Shown here: in pieces, positions 52,418 to 62,323 of the stretch
Position numbering within the stretch: position 1 is the stretch's first letter
Layout: every line of letters starts with the position of its first letter
Source of the DNA: Naegleria gruberi
Taxonomy: Eukaryota
Length of the DNA stretch: 64,000 bases
Assembly: GCA_000004985.1 (NCBI GenBank)
Contig: GG738903.1
Strand: one strand, 5' to 3'
Made by a program: the position numbers and the translations under genes
Notes under the pieces: generated by a model
Told to the model about the DNA's origin: nothing
Database searches by the model: none
The model's input: only the letters and a program-made list of their open reading frames with translations

Positions 52418-53722
52418 ATGAAGAAGCGAATGAGAGAAGAATTTGATCGTAATTCAATCATGATGGAAGGAAAGGAGTACGATAACTTATTCCCCGATGA
52501 TATTTGTGAAGAAATTATGCAATGGCTAGCTTGGAAAGAAGTTTTATTGAATTGTTGCCTAATTTCCAAGCAATGGTTTACAATTGCAAAATCAAGATAT
52601 AGAGCAAGTATTCAACTCACATATGGTCAAGAAAAATTATGGCTATGTTTTATTAAAGAGCAGCAGGAAGGAATTTCTCGTATATTTAATATTGGTGTTG
52701 ATTCTTTCAGAGTGGTGGGAAGTTACTTTATAGATAGCATTAATGCAGAGATTATTAGCAAATCGTTTCCTAATTTGAAGCGATTGGAAATTGGTGATAA
52801 CCAACAATTTGGAGATTGTGGAGCAGAGTCGATAAGTAAGATTAAGACTTTGACGAGCTTGAATGTTTTAGATTGTGGAATAACTTCAAAAGGAGCAGAA
52901 TTTATTGGATTGTTAAACGGGCTGACCTATCTTAATATTGGAAATAACAAGATTATGGATAGTGGAATGAAATTTATTGGAAAATTGAGTTCACTGAATG
53001 TTTTGCAGATTGGTAGTACTGAGATAACTAGTGAGAGTTTTAAATTGGTGGGCTGTATGAAGGGATTAACATCTCTTTCTATTTATTCAAATCCAGTCAC
53101 AATAGAAGATGCAAAATCCATAAGCTCAATACACGGCCTTAAATCTCTAAATATCAGCAATACAGGAATTTCTGTGGAAGGATTGAAATATTTAAGTGCA
53201 CTGACTTTACTAACGAACTTGTCTTTGGCCAAGAATAACATTACAAATGAAGGGCTTTTATCAATATCCCAAATGAAGCAAATAACTAAACTCTTTCTTC
53301 AACATAATGTAATAGACTGTGATGGAGCTCAATTATTAAGTACAATGACCAATTTGAGATTATTAAATATTAGTCAAACCAAAATCACCACTGAAGGAAT
53401 CAAGCACATTACCTCCTTGAAGAACATTACATCTTTGAATATTTCGATTAATCAGTTAAATGATGAAGCTTTAAAATTAGTTAGTTCAATGAATCAATTG
53501 ACCAATCTCAGTACACACAATAACAAGCTAACCAGCGAAGGCGCAAAACATATAAGCCAATTGAATAATCTAACAGAACTCAACATTTCCTCAAATCCTG
53601 TAAGAATCGAAGGTGCCAACTATTTAAATCAAATGACAACACTCAAAATAATTAATGTTTCAAACTGTAGAACTGGAATCTTCCAATGGAACAATAATAT
53701 TGATCTACAATTTGATGACTAG
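52418..53722 (+). CDS. F-box-like / RNI-type leucine-rich-repeat protein (434 aa)
   Basis: ATG at 52418. F-box-like FPDDICEEIMQWLAWKEVLLNCCLISKQWFTIA, followed by about 14 LRRs of the form L..L..L.I..N.I..EGAK.IS. Confidence 0.6.
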   Translation: MKKRMREEFDRNSIMMEGKEYDNLFPDDICEEIMQWLAWKEVLLNCCLISKQWFTIAKSRYRASIQLTYGQEKLWLCFIKEQQEGISRIFNIGVDSFRVVGSYFIDSINAEIISKSFPNLKRLEIGDNQQFGDCGAESISKIKTLTSLNVLDCGITSKGAEFIGLLNGLTYLNIGNNKIMDSGMKFIGKLSSLNVLQIGSTEITSESFKLVGCMKGLTSLSIYSNPVTIEDAKSISSIHGLKSLNISNTGISVEGLKYLSALTLLTNLSLAKNNITNEGLLSISQMKQITKLFLQHNVIDCDGAQLLSTMTNLRLLNISQTKITTEGIKHITSLKNITSLNISINQLNDEALKLVSSMNQLTNLSTHNNKLTSEGAKHISQLNNLTELNISSNPVRIEGANYLNQMTTLKIINVSNCRTGIFQWNNNIDLQFDD

Positions 53723-53802
53723 CAGCACATGAACCATAAAGTTAAATAGTAAACAACTCTTGTTACCCATAAAGCAACCATCAAATTCACCAATCAAAAA
53801 AA

Positions 53803-55164
53803 ATGCCAAACATCAACATTCGACTTCGACAAGCCAAAAACTTGGCAGCAAAAGACCTTTCCAAAACGTCGGACCCATTGGTAATTTGCACAGTTAACAA
53901 CAAGAAATCATTCAAGACAGAACCAATCATGATGGACTGCAATCCAAACTGGGAAACGCACAAGAAACCAATTAAACATGAATTTACGGTGAATTTTGAC
54001 AAATTAACAGACGTGATACAATTACAAGTGGAAGACTATAACATCTTCTCTAAAAACAAACCAATAGGAAGTTGTCAAATACCTCTTCAATTTTTAGAAA
54101 AATCAAAACCAATGGAATTTACATTTGATTTACGTGATACGAAACAAGCAATTGCTGGACAATTGGTAGTTTTATTGGAAGCAATGGATTTTGGAATTGT
54201 TCCTTCAACAACAACAGTGCCTATGTATCCTCTTCCGACACAGCAACCATATTCTCCTCCTATTTCTGTTGTGCAGACACAGCAACCACAACAACCACAG
54301 CCACAGATACAGCCACAACAGCCACAACAGCAACTAGTTGGAAATTTACAAAGGAATGACAGTAGTCCAACACTTGCTGCACTCAGACATGGATCTTTCC
54401 TGACCAATAATAATACAGGTGTTGGTGGTCAATCACCTATTCAACAGCATCCATTGCAAACTTCTCAGAGTTTTATCATGCAAAAAACGACAATGGATCA
54501 ACAACAATCATCAATGATGATGGGCACAGGAAGTAATAGTGTATATGGAATGCCACTACCACAACAATATGTCAATAATGGAATGCAACAACAGCAACAA
54601 CAGCCATTGACACATTCCAATTCGTTCATTAATTATTCACAACAACCACAACAACAACAACCACCATCAATGTATAATAATTCTCAGCAAGGAGTTAATA
54701 TAATTTCACCAAGTGCTAATAATAATAATAATATTGGAACTCAATATACTCCTCCACAACAGTATAATCAACAGTATAATCAGGGAATTGTTAATAGTCC
54801 AGGAAGTATTTCATCTCCTTCGAATTTACAACCAATGAATAATTCATCATCTTATAATTTAATGAATAATTGTCAACTACAAGGAAATGTACAAGCTCAA
54901 CAAATTCAACAAAATGATAATAGTGTATCTACTCCAAGAAAGGCATTGCCTACATTACCAGTTAAACAAGGAAGTACAAGTCCTCAAACAATTGGTCAAC
55001 CAACAATTGATTCACAAATTCCAAAACCAAATGAGCTACCTCAATCGAATCAATGGACTGGTGTTGTCACTGATCAATACATTGATTATGTAGTTTCCCA
55101 ACTTCCAATTCCACTCTCCATACCAGAATATTACCAACGTTTTGTAAAGCCATTTAAAATATAA
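53803..55164 (+). CDS. C2-domain protein with long Q/N/P-rich low-complexity C-terminus (453 aa)
   Basis: ATG at 53803. The N-terminal 100 aa fit a C2 fold (IRLRQAKNLAAKDLSKTSDPLVICTV...NPNWE...FTV....DVIQLQVEDYN...IGSCQIPL). The rest is poly-Q/PQ/N repeats. Confidence 0.6.
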   Translation: MPNINIRLRQAKNLAAKDLSKTSDPLVICTVNNKKSFKTEPIMMDCNPNWETHKKPIKHEFTVNFDKLTDVIQLQVEDYNIFSKNKPIGSCQIPLQFLEKSKPMEFTFDLRDTKQAIAGQLVVLLEAMDFGIVPSTTTVPMYPLPTQQPYSPPISVVQTQQPQQPQPQIQPQQPQQQLVGNLQRNDSSPTLAALRHGSFLTNNNTGVGGQSPIQQHPLQTSQSFIMQKTTMDQQQSSMMMGTGSNSVYGMPLPQQYVNNGMQQQQQQPLTHSNSFINYSQQPQQQQPPSMYNNSQQGVNIISPSANNNNNIGTQYTPPQQYNQQYNQGIVNSPGSISSPSNLQPMNNSSSYNLMNNCQLQGNVQAQQIQQNDNSVSTPRKALPTLPVKQGSTSPQTIGQPTIDSQIPKPNELPQSNQWTGVVTDQYIDYVVSQLPIPLSIPEYYQRFVKPFKI

Positions 55165-55180
55165 ATCCAAATCTGGACAT

Positions 55181-56131
55181 TTGAATGATTTGAAACTTTT
55201 TAAAAAAATGATAAAACGAACAATTGAAACTCTTGTTGATGAAGCAAATGTTGGATCTGAAACAAAAAAGACGAAACTCACTCATGAAGTTTTCAATGAT
55301 GATATTCTGGGTGAAATTTTATCCTTCCATGATGATTTTAAATTCATTGTATTGAATTGTGCATTAGTTTCGAAACAGTGGTTGAATGTCATATTGGAAA
55401 GATCAAGACTTTGTTTTCGATGTTATAGTAACAATTTGAAAGGTCGATTTTTACAAAATATTGCAACTTTGGTGGTGAGATTTGGAACTGTCGAATTTGA
55501 TTATCAAATACTTGGTCTGATGAAACGTTTATCACATCTTCGAGCTTGTTTTAATGATATTGGTGTTGAAGGGGCTAAACACATCAGTCAATTGAAACAA
55601 TTAACTTTTCTTGGAGTGAGTGGTAATTTTGTTGGAGTGGAAGGAGCCAAATACATTAGTCAATTGAAACAATTGACAAACCTAGATATTTGTTTTAATA
55701 ATATTGGAGATGAGGGAGCAAAACACATTAGTGAATTGAAACAATTGAAAAATCTCAAAATTGGAAACAATTACATTGGTGTTGAAGGTGCCAAATATAT
55801 TAGTCAACTGAAACATGTAACCAAGCTTTCTATTAGTTATAACAATGTCAGAGTTGAGGGGGTTAAATACATTAGTGAAATGAAACAATTAACTGATCTT
55901 AACATTGGTGAGAATGTAATTGGTGATGAAGGAGCTAAACATATTAAGAAATTGAATCAATTGACTAGATTAAGTATTTCAGGTGTTGAAATAAGTGAAG
56001 CAGGAGCTAAATACATTTGTGAAATGAAACAATTAACACAGCTCAATATTAAGAATAATAACATTGGCAAAATAGGCAAGGAATATATCTGTACTGAACT
56101 GAAATATTTAATTGATCTTGAAGTGTACTGA
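55181..56131 (+). CDS. F-box-like / RNI-type LRR protein (316 aa), paralog of 52418–53722
   Basis: ATG at 55181, only 16 nt after the upstream stop. Repeats are NNIGDEGAKHISELKQLKNLKIGNNYIGVEGAKYISQLK... Confidence 0.6.
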   Translation: MNDLKLFKKMIKRTIETLVDEANVGSETKKTKLTHEVFNDDILGEILSFHDDFKFIVLNCALVSKQWLNVILERSRLCFRCYSNNLKGRFLQNIATLVVRFGTVEFDYQILGLMKRLSHLRACFNDIGVEGAKHISQLKQLTFLGVSGNFVGVEGAKYISQLKQLTNLDICFNNIGDEGAKHISELKQLKNLKIGNNYIGVEGAKYISQLKHVTKLSISYNNVRVEGVKYISEMKQLTDLNIGENVIGDEGAKHIKKLNQLTRLSISGVEISEAGAKYICEMKQLTQLNIKNNNIGKIGKEYICTELKYLIDLEVY

Positions 56132-56221
56132 AGTATAAAAAGAAAAAATTCATTTTCTTTCGTGCATTTGATTTGTACAAATACCATCCATGAAAGGTAA
56201 TCTTCTTGTCTATACTTAAAA

Positions 56222-57871
56222 TTATTTATTCCAATAACTTAATAATTCTTCCATTTTACCATACGAGTTGATGCTAACCTTCCTTAATTTGGCAAAAGTT
56301 GGATTTGTTTGCAAAGCTTTCACACATGCTTTTGATGCAGAAACGGAATGTGCATCAATTTTTCTCAAATTTACCAAATTGGTACACTTGGAAACAAGGT
56401 TTTCATACAAATTGATGCCATCCATATTGCAACATTGACAAATTAATTCCTTCAAATTGGAAAAGACTGGTGAATCGAAAATGATTTCGAATAAAGATTC
56501 TAAACAAGCCAAATCAGAAATATCCAAATATTCCAAGTTAGATAAGGTAGGAGCACTCAAAAAGGTTTCATAGGAACTCTTCAATAAGTTCTTGTTTTCA
56601 CAATATCTAGCACTTGAATGAGAGATAGTGAGCCTCTTTAGATTTGGGCAATGATAAGAGAGTGAAGGAAAGGTTGAAATGTAGGTACTTTTCAAATTCA
56701 AATCAGTGAGTGAGCTTTGAGAGTTTGGTGGACATTGTACAACCTCTGAATTTTCTTGTCTGTAGTGTGCAGTAGGACCTCCAAAAATGTTTGCATTTCC
56801 CCAATTAAAGTTTTCAGCTTTGAGTGTTGTGAGTTTTGGTAAACTTGGAGAAACAATCAAATTTACAAATTCACTATTTGGCATGGAACAATAGGAAAGA
56901 TCAAGTCTAGTAATATTGGTTAAACTTGTCCAAAAGTTTGGGTAAAGAGTCAATCTATGATTTCTAATACCCAAATATTCGAGATTGACCTTATCTTTCA
57001 ACAATTCGGTTAGTCCATAGTCTTCATTTCCAGATTGAGAATGTTGTGCTAATTCTAAATGAGTGAGTTGATTCAAATATTTGGATTCTGAAATGATTTG
57101 CAAAAATGATTTTGGAAAGTCGTGGCTTGTCAAGTCTAATTTTTTAACACTGGACATGAAACTGCTATTGAGTAATTCCTTTGCCTCCTTTTCTGTAAAC
57201 TTTTTCACATTGGCCAAGTTTAATTTTGTCAAATTCTTCATTGAACATTTCTTTAAATTCTTCACACTTTGAATTCCCATATTATTGGATGCTAAATTCA
57301 ATTTTGTCAAATTCTCCAACTTTTTACAATTAGAAAGTACTTGAAATGTATCAACACCAGCAGAAAACAATGATAATGAAGTGACATTCTTGATAAATGG
57401 TCCATCTAACAAACTGGTAATCTCTTCCTTTCCAACTTTGACTGACTTTCGTCTACTATAACTTGCAGTACCTAATCTCACTTTAAAACTAAGTCTTTTC
57501 AAGGTTTCTCTCCACATCTTGGATACCAATTGACAGGAATTCATCAGAACTGGTATATCCAAGAATTGATAAATGTGAAATAAATTATCCGAATTTAATT
57601 GATCGGACGAAACTCTTCTTCTATGCACATCCAACTCCTTCAAGAATTCGTTAATATTACCAACAAATTCATCAATCATACAATTATTATTTACAAAATA
57701 ATGATGACCAACTAATTTCACCTTTTTAGAAAGTGACAGTAATTGATCATTGACATTGGTCATTTCATTAAATAAAGTACCATCAATATTTTCATCAACA
57801 TGTTCATCAACATTTGCAAGTTGTTGATCTGATGTTTCTTCGTGTTTTCTCTTCTTGCTTTGTTTTGGCAT
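56222..57871 (-). CDS. F-box-like / LRR protein (549 aa)
   Basis: ATG at 57871. F-box-like LFHIYQFLDIPVLMNSCQLVSKMWRETL, followed by cysteine-containing LRRs (L..L.L..C..I.D..). Confidence 0.55.
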   Translation of the reverse strand: MPKQSKKRKHEETSDQQLANVDEHVDENIDGTLFNEMTNVNDQLLSLSKKVKLVGHHYFVNNNCMIDEFVGNINEFLKELDVHRRRVSSDQLNSDNLFHIYQFLDIPVLMNSCQLVSKMWRETLKRLSFKVRLGTASYSRRKSVKVGKEEITSLLDGPFIKNVTSLSLFSAGVDTFQVLSNCKKLENLTKLNLASNNMGIQSVKNLKKCSMKNLTKLNLANVKKFTEKEAKELLNSSFMSSVKKLDLTSHDFPKSFLQIISESKYLNQLTHLELAQHSQSGNEDYGLTELLKDKVNLEYLGIRNHRLTLYPNFWTSLTNITRLDLSYCSMPNSEFVNLIVSPSLPKLTTLKAENFNWGNANIFGGPTAHYRQENSEVVQCPPNSQSSLTDLNLKSTYISTFPSLSYHCPNLKRLTISHSSARYCENKNLLKSSYETFLSAPTLSNLEYLDISDLACLESLFEIIFDSPVFSNLKELICQCCNMDGINLYENLVSKCTNLVNLRKIDAHSVSASKACVKALQTNPTFAKLRKVSINSYGKMEELLSYWNK

Positions 57872-58192
57872 TTTTTTTTCTAGAAGAAAGTGGTTGAAAC
57901 GAAACTTTACAATTATTTCAACCTGTCAATTTAACAGATTTTCCAGAAAATGGAGTGAATTCACAAATTCCACTATTTATTGGCTAATAATAACTGTTCA
58001 ATAATAATTATTCAATTCTGGATTACCATTTATGGTGCTTTCTATAAAAAGTTTAAAATTCACAATTTCAATAAATATTTTCAAATAACAACTTTGATTA
58101 AAACTAGATCATTTGAAAAAGATCTAAAAATTAAATTCCCTTTCACTCAATCAAAAAAAAAGATCAAATTTATTTTTAAATATTAAAAAAAA

Positions 58193-60328
58193 ATGAAGAA
58201 AACTTCTTCCTCGCTAGTGAGGAGTTTTTCTTCCGTGTCTGTTGTGATGAAAAATAAGACAATGCAATCATCAAATTTATCAGCATTGATCAATAATTGT
58301 CAAGTACTATCATCCACGAGGAAAAATGCTAGATTTTATAGTGTAAAGCAAACTCTTGGAGGAAATGAAGCCTCCACTCTTAGACAACAAGTTGCTTCTA
58401 CAACATCGTCATCATCTTATGCTCAACAACATCAAGCACCACCAGTGATTGAGCAAGTTGTTGCCGAAGAATCAACAACAACAACAACATCCGAACCAAT
58501 TATTGAAGAAAAACCACTCTTCTCCAAGAAGGAAATTATGATTCTTGAAAGCGAAAAAACAGCACTTGGACACTTGTTGAAAATTATCGAAAACGTTGAA
58601 GGAAGTGAAGAGGATATTGATCTTTTAAGAAAAAGTATTAATCAATTGGAGGAACATTTCTTGATGGTTATTGTTGGTGAATTTAATGCAGGTAAATCAT
58701 CATTCATTAATGCCATGCTCGGAGATCGTTATTTGAGAGAAGGTATTACTCCAACAACAGCTCATCTTCATGTTATTCGTCATGGAGGTGATTCTAATCA
58801 AAAGTTTGACGAGAGAAATCAACTTGTAAATATGGAACTTCCACTCAAGTGGCTTAAAGGTATTAGTGTTGTTGATACACCAGGTACTAATGCCATTATC
58901 AAGGAACATCAAACAATTACAGAAACTTTTGTACCAAGAGCTGATTTAATCATCTTTTTGACCAGTGCAGAAAGACCATTCTCTGAGAGTGAACACACCT
59001 TCCTTGAAATGATTAGAAAGTGGGGTAAGAAGGTTGTTGTCTGTATTAACAAGTATGATTTACTTCAAAATGAAAAGGAACAGGACGAAGTGGAAGTATT
59101 TGTTCGTGATGGTATTATTCGTTTATTGGGCTTTGAACCTAAAATCTTTTGTGTCAGTGCTAGGAGTGCAATGGATTTCAAACAATCATCAAGAATTTCT
59201 TCATTCTTGGCTCCTGAAGAAAGAGAACTTGCCGAAAAACAAAAAAAGACCAAGTTGGCTGAAAATTGGCTTGATTTGGAAAAGTATGTTTTGGACACTC
59301 TGAATTCTATTGAACGTGCCAAGTTGAAATTCCTTTCTCCACTTGGTGTTGCTCAAAATTTATCTGAAAAGTACTTGACAACCAATATTGAAGAAAGATT
59401 AAAGGTATTGAAAGAAGATAAGAAAACTATGGAAATTATTGAAGAACAACTTCAAGTATTTTATAATGATATGAAACAAGATTTTGAATTGCAACAAGCC
59501 AAATTGGAAAATATTTTCCATGAACTTTCTGAACGTGGTACAGGCTTTTACGATAACTTTGTCAATTTGTCTAATATTTCAAGTTTGATCAAGTCCAAGA
59601 TTGTTGCTGAAGAATTCCAAACTCAAGTTATTGCCAATACTGCCACTCAAATTGAAAATCATGTCTCTGAAGTTATTGATTGGATAATTGACAGAAAATA
59701 CAGACAATGGAAAGCTGTGACAGATTTTGCCAATAAGAGAGCTAGAATTTCACTCCATGAAGATAAATTAGTTGGAACTCTTTCAAGTGATTTCCAATTT
59801 AACAGAAAGGAACTTTTACTCAAAATTGGTACCACAGCTGAAAATGCTGTTAGAAGCTATGATAAGGAACATAATGATACTGAAAAGCTCTTCTCTGAAA
59901 TTGCCTCTGGTCTCAAGGCTACAGCTGCTGTAGAAGTCAGCGCTATTACAATTGGTGTTTCTTCTGCACTCTTGATGCCAACTGCTGCTATGGCAGGTGC
60001 TGGTGTTGTTGGTGCCTTAATGGTTGGTGCTGGTGGTCTCTACGCACTCCCATACAAGAGAGCTACAATGAGAAAGAACTTTATTCGTGAAGTTAACAAG
60101 CTTAAGGAAGTTTTAAAGCAAAGAATGAGGGAAGAATTTGAACGAGAATTATTGTCAAGTATTGATAGTATTAAGAATTCAATTACTCCTTACTCTAGAT
60201 TTGTTAAAGCTGAACATGAAAAATTCTCAACTCAAAAGGAAAGACTCATCGAACTTCAAAAGGTTATTAATCAAATCAGAAAGGAAATTGAAAGCTTACA
60301 AGAGGCTGATATTACTAAAAAGATGTAA
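58193..60328 (+). CDS. dynamin-like / BDLP-mitofusin-type large GTPase with predicted mitochondrial presequence and C-terminal hydrophobic segment (711 aa)
   Basis: The N-terminus, MKKTSSSLVRSFSSVSVVMKNKTMQSSNLSALINNCQVLSSTRKNARFYSV, is basic and hydroxylated with no acidic residues (presequence-like). The GTPase has G1 GEFNAGKSSFINAML, G3 DTPG and G4 NKYD, followed by long coiled-coil-like regions. A Gly/Ala-rich hydrophobic segment, AVEVSAITIGVSSALLMPTAAMAGAGVVGALMVGAGGLYALPY, lies near the C-terminus. Confidence 0.6.
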   Translation: MKKTSSSLVRSFSSVSVVMKNKTMQSSNLSALINNCQVLSSTRKNARFYSVKQTLGGNEASTLRQQVASTTSSSSYAQQHQAPPVIEQVVAEESTTTTTSEPIIEEKPLFSKKEIMILESEKTALGHLLKIIENVEGSEEDIDLLRKSINQLEEHFLMVIVGEFNAGKSSFINAMLGDRYLREGITPTTAHLHVIRHGGDSNQKFDERNQLVNMELPLKWLKGISVVDTPGTNAIIKEHQTITETFVPRADLIIFLTSAERPFSESEHTFLEMIRKWGKKVVVCINKYDLLQNEKEQDEVEVFVRDGIIRLLGFEPKIFCVSARSAMDFKQSSRISSFLAPEERELAEKQKKTKLAENWLDLEKYVLDTLNSIERAKLKFLSPLGVAQNLSEKYLTTNIEERLKVLKEDKKTMEIIEEQLQVFYNDMKQDFELQQAKLENIFHELSERGTGFYDNFVNLSNISSLIKSKIVAEEFQTQVIANTATQIENHVSEVIDWIIDRKYRQWKAVTDFANKRARISLHEDKLVGTLSSDFQFNRKELLLKIGTTAENAVRSYDKEHNDTEKLFSEIASGLKATAAVEVSAITIGVSSALLMPTAAMAGAGVVGALMVGAGGLYALPYKRATMRKNFIREVNKLKEVLKQRMREEFERELLSSIDSIKNSITPYSRFVKAEHEKFSTQKERLIELQKVINQIRKEIESLQEADITKKM

Positions 60329-60422
60329 ATTTAAAAGTATATTAATCTAAAGCAACTATTTTGTGTTAATCACTTTATTCTTTATCACAAAATATATTGA
60401 ATGTTTCAAATCAAAAACAAGT

Positions 60423-60493
60423 TGCATTAGCCGGGAGTCGAACCCGGGTCACCAGCTTGGAAGGCTGGTATGATACCGTTACACTACTAATGC
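60423..60493 (-). tRNA. tRNA-Gly (anticodon UCC)
   Basis: The reverse complement reads GCATTAGTAGTGTAACGGTATCATACCAGCCTTCCAAGCTGGTGACCCGGGTTCGACTCCCGGCTAATGCA. The anticodon loop CTTCCAA gives TCC, and the T-arm GGGTTCGACTCCC is canonical. It is near-identical to eukaryotic tRNA-Gly-TCC. A T-run follows on the minus strand. Confidence 0.9.
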
Positions 60494-60520
60494 TTCTCAT
60501 TACATTTCTTAAAATATGAT

Positions 60521-60614
60521 ACTAAACGAGTCAATTATAGCATTTTAAGCATCACTCAAGAGCAAATCAAACACAATCAATTATGCTTAAAATGCTATAA
60601 TTGACTCGTTTAGT
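60521..60614. repeat. 32-bp perfect inverted repeat (hairpin) with 30-nt spacer, about 30 bp upstream of tRNA-Gly
   Basis: Left arm 60521–60552 is actaaacgagtcaattatagcattttaagcat. Right arm 60583–60614 is its exact reverse complement, atgcttaaaatgctataattgactcgtttagt. Confidence 0.8.
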
Positions 60615-60628
60615 GATATGATTCTTGT

Positions 60629-61353
60629 TTTGTGGGCCAACCAATGCTAAAAATGAGCGTAAACGTTCAGTGAGCCTGAATTGATTTACAATTCTGTTCC
60701 TAACCAAAACAACAAATATTTGGTTTATTAATTATATTCTCACATAGATGCTTGTTATTTGATCGAACGGTCTTTTATCTTTCTGTGTTGGAAGAAACAA
60801 TCAATAAAGTTTTGTGTAATTTTTTAGCTAGTGGTTTGTAAACATTAAAAAAACGAGTTTATTTTGGACATTGCTCGATATCTACTTAATGAATCGTATC
60901 AGATTAAATATCACAATGTTATTTAACAAAATTATTATTGTATTGTTTTGTTGGTTTTATTAAAACTGTTGTTATTCTTAAAATGTTAGCAGATAGATAA
61001 GTTTCGGAAATCACTTACAATGGCAACATTTCTTCACTCCACACAATAAAATACTGTGATTACATGCGATCAAAGGTTGAATTTTGGAATATCATTAAGT
61101 AACTAAAAAGTTTGCTCCCAAAATAACATCCGAATAGTGAGCTAATTTACTTTGGGAAAAAATTACTGTTCAACCGATGGTCCAAGATCTATGAATTGAA
61201 TTATTGAAACAAAGATTGTCCTCAGTTTTATGCACAGTGATGTCTACAACGAAAAAACGATGGTAGTATATTAATGTTTTGAAGGTATACAGACATTGAA
61301 CAATACTGTTGGTCTGTATTTTATCATATTTTTTAGGGTTGGTTGGCCCACAA
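60629..61353. mobile_element. candidate MITE-like non-autonomous element (about 725 bp) bounded by 15-bp terminal inverted repeats
   Basis: ttgtgggccaaccaa at 60629–60643 and ttggttggcccacaa at 61339–61353 are perfect reverse complements. The sub-terminal sequences are also similar (..ctaaaaat..). The interior has no ORF and a different composition from flanking DNA. The right end abuts the NHL-like gene's stop codon, 4 nt away. Confidence 0.3.
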
Positions 61354-61357
61354 TATA

Positions 61358-62323
61358 CTAAGAATATATAAGTACTCCAAATTGTCCACTATCACATACA
61401 TAAAGTAGACCACTTAATGGATCAATAATAATTCCAAAACTCTTATAATTTCCACTAACAGATTTAACTTTTGATAAATCCTCCCTTCTAACCACAACAA
61501 GTCTATAACCACCATTATCTGATACATAAATCAAATCAGAGGCCTTCTCATAGAATATAGAATAGGCAAAATTCATTCTAAAAGATGATTTTCGAATAGA
61601 ATTCCATTTTCCTTGCTGTTTTTCAAATAATTCTAAACAAGAATTATGACTCATTAATATTTCATTCTCAGAAAAGCAATGAATACCAAAACCACCACCC
61701 TCAATTTTCCCAATATCATCATCTAAATATTGTAAATGATCTCCATGTTCACGATCTAATATCATAACTGATTTTTCATAATCCACAACATAGAGTTGGG
61801 ATCCCATAACATCCAATCCCCAGATATTATAGTAAGTTTCTTTAGATTTCCAAACAAGAAGTGGATTCTTCCTCATTATATCAGAAACCTTAATCTTTAC
61901 AACATATGGATCAGTAGATGCATAAATATATTCCTCATCCTTCTCCTTAATCAATTTCAAACAATTAAAACAAGTAATTTCCTCAAACTCAACTTCAAAC
62001 AAGGCCTTCCTTCCAATTGACTTGTTTTCATACTCTTCAGCTGTCTCTGCTCTCGGAAAAACACTCAGTGCCGAACCATTCGTTACAATAAATCTATAAT
62101 AATCATTGGAGAGAACAATATCAAAACAATTCGGACCAACATGCCATGCAGAATAATAACCACTAACATTCAGTGATGAAAATTCGAGAGAGTATCGTTT
62201 GGTGGGGATGATATTAATTTTATATTTTAGGAGGTTAATTAAATTATTATTATCGTGATGATCATCATCAGTGGAAGTAAATTGGGACGGAAGAAAATCT
62301 ATCAGCTCAACCTTTACAGACAT
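61358..62323 (-). CDS. NHL/YVTN-like beta-propeller protein (321 aa)
   Basis: ATG at 62323. Blade-like units are LYVVDYEKSVMILD, IYVSDNGGYRLVVV and LYVCDSGQFGVLIY. Confidence 0.5.
   Translation of the reverse strand: MSVKVELIDFLPSQFTSTDDDHHDNNNLINLLKYKINIIPTKRYSLEFSSLNVSGYYSAWHVGPNCFDIVLSNDYYRFIVTNGSALSVFPRAETAEEYENKSIGRKALFEVEFEEITCFNCLKLIKEKDEEYIYASTDPYVVKIKVSDIMRKNPLLVWKSKETYYNIWGLDVMGSQLYVVDYEKSVMILDREHGDHLQYLDDDIGKIEGGGFGIHCFSENEILMSHNSCLELFEKQQGKWNSIRKSSFRMNFAYSIFYEKASDLIYVSDNGGYRLVVVRREDLSKVKSVSGNYKSFGIIIDPLSGLLYVCDSGQFGVLIYS

Noticed and set aside
54087-54407. Cys/Gly-rich 106-aa minus-strand ORF
   Set aside because: It is the antisense reading of the CAG/CAA/CCA poly-Q/P repeats of the C2-domain gene, a compositional artefact.
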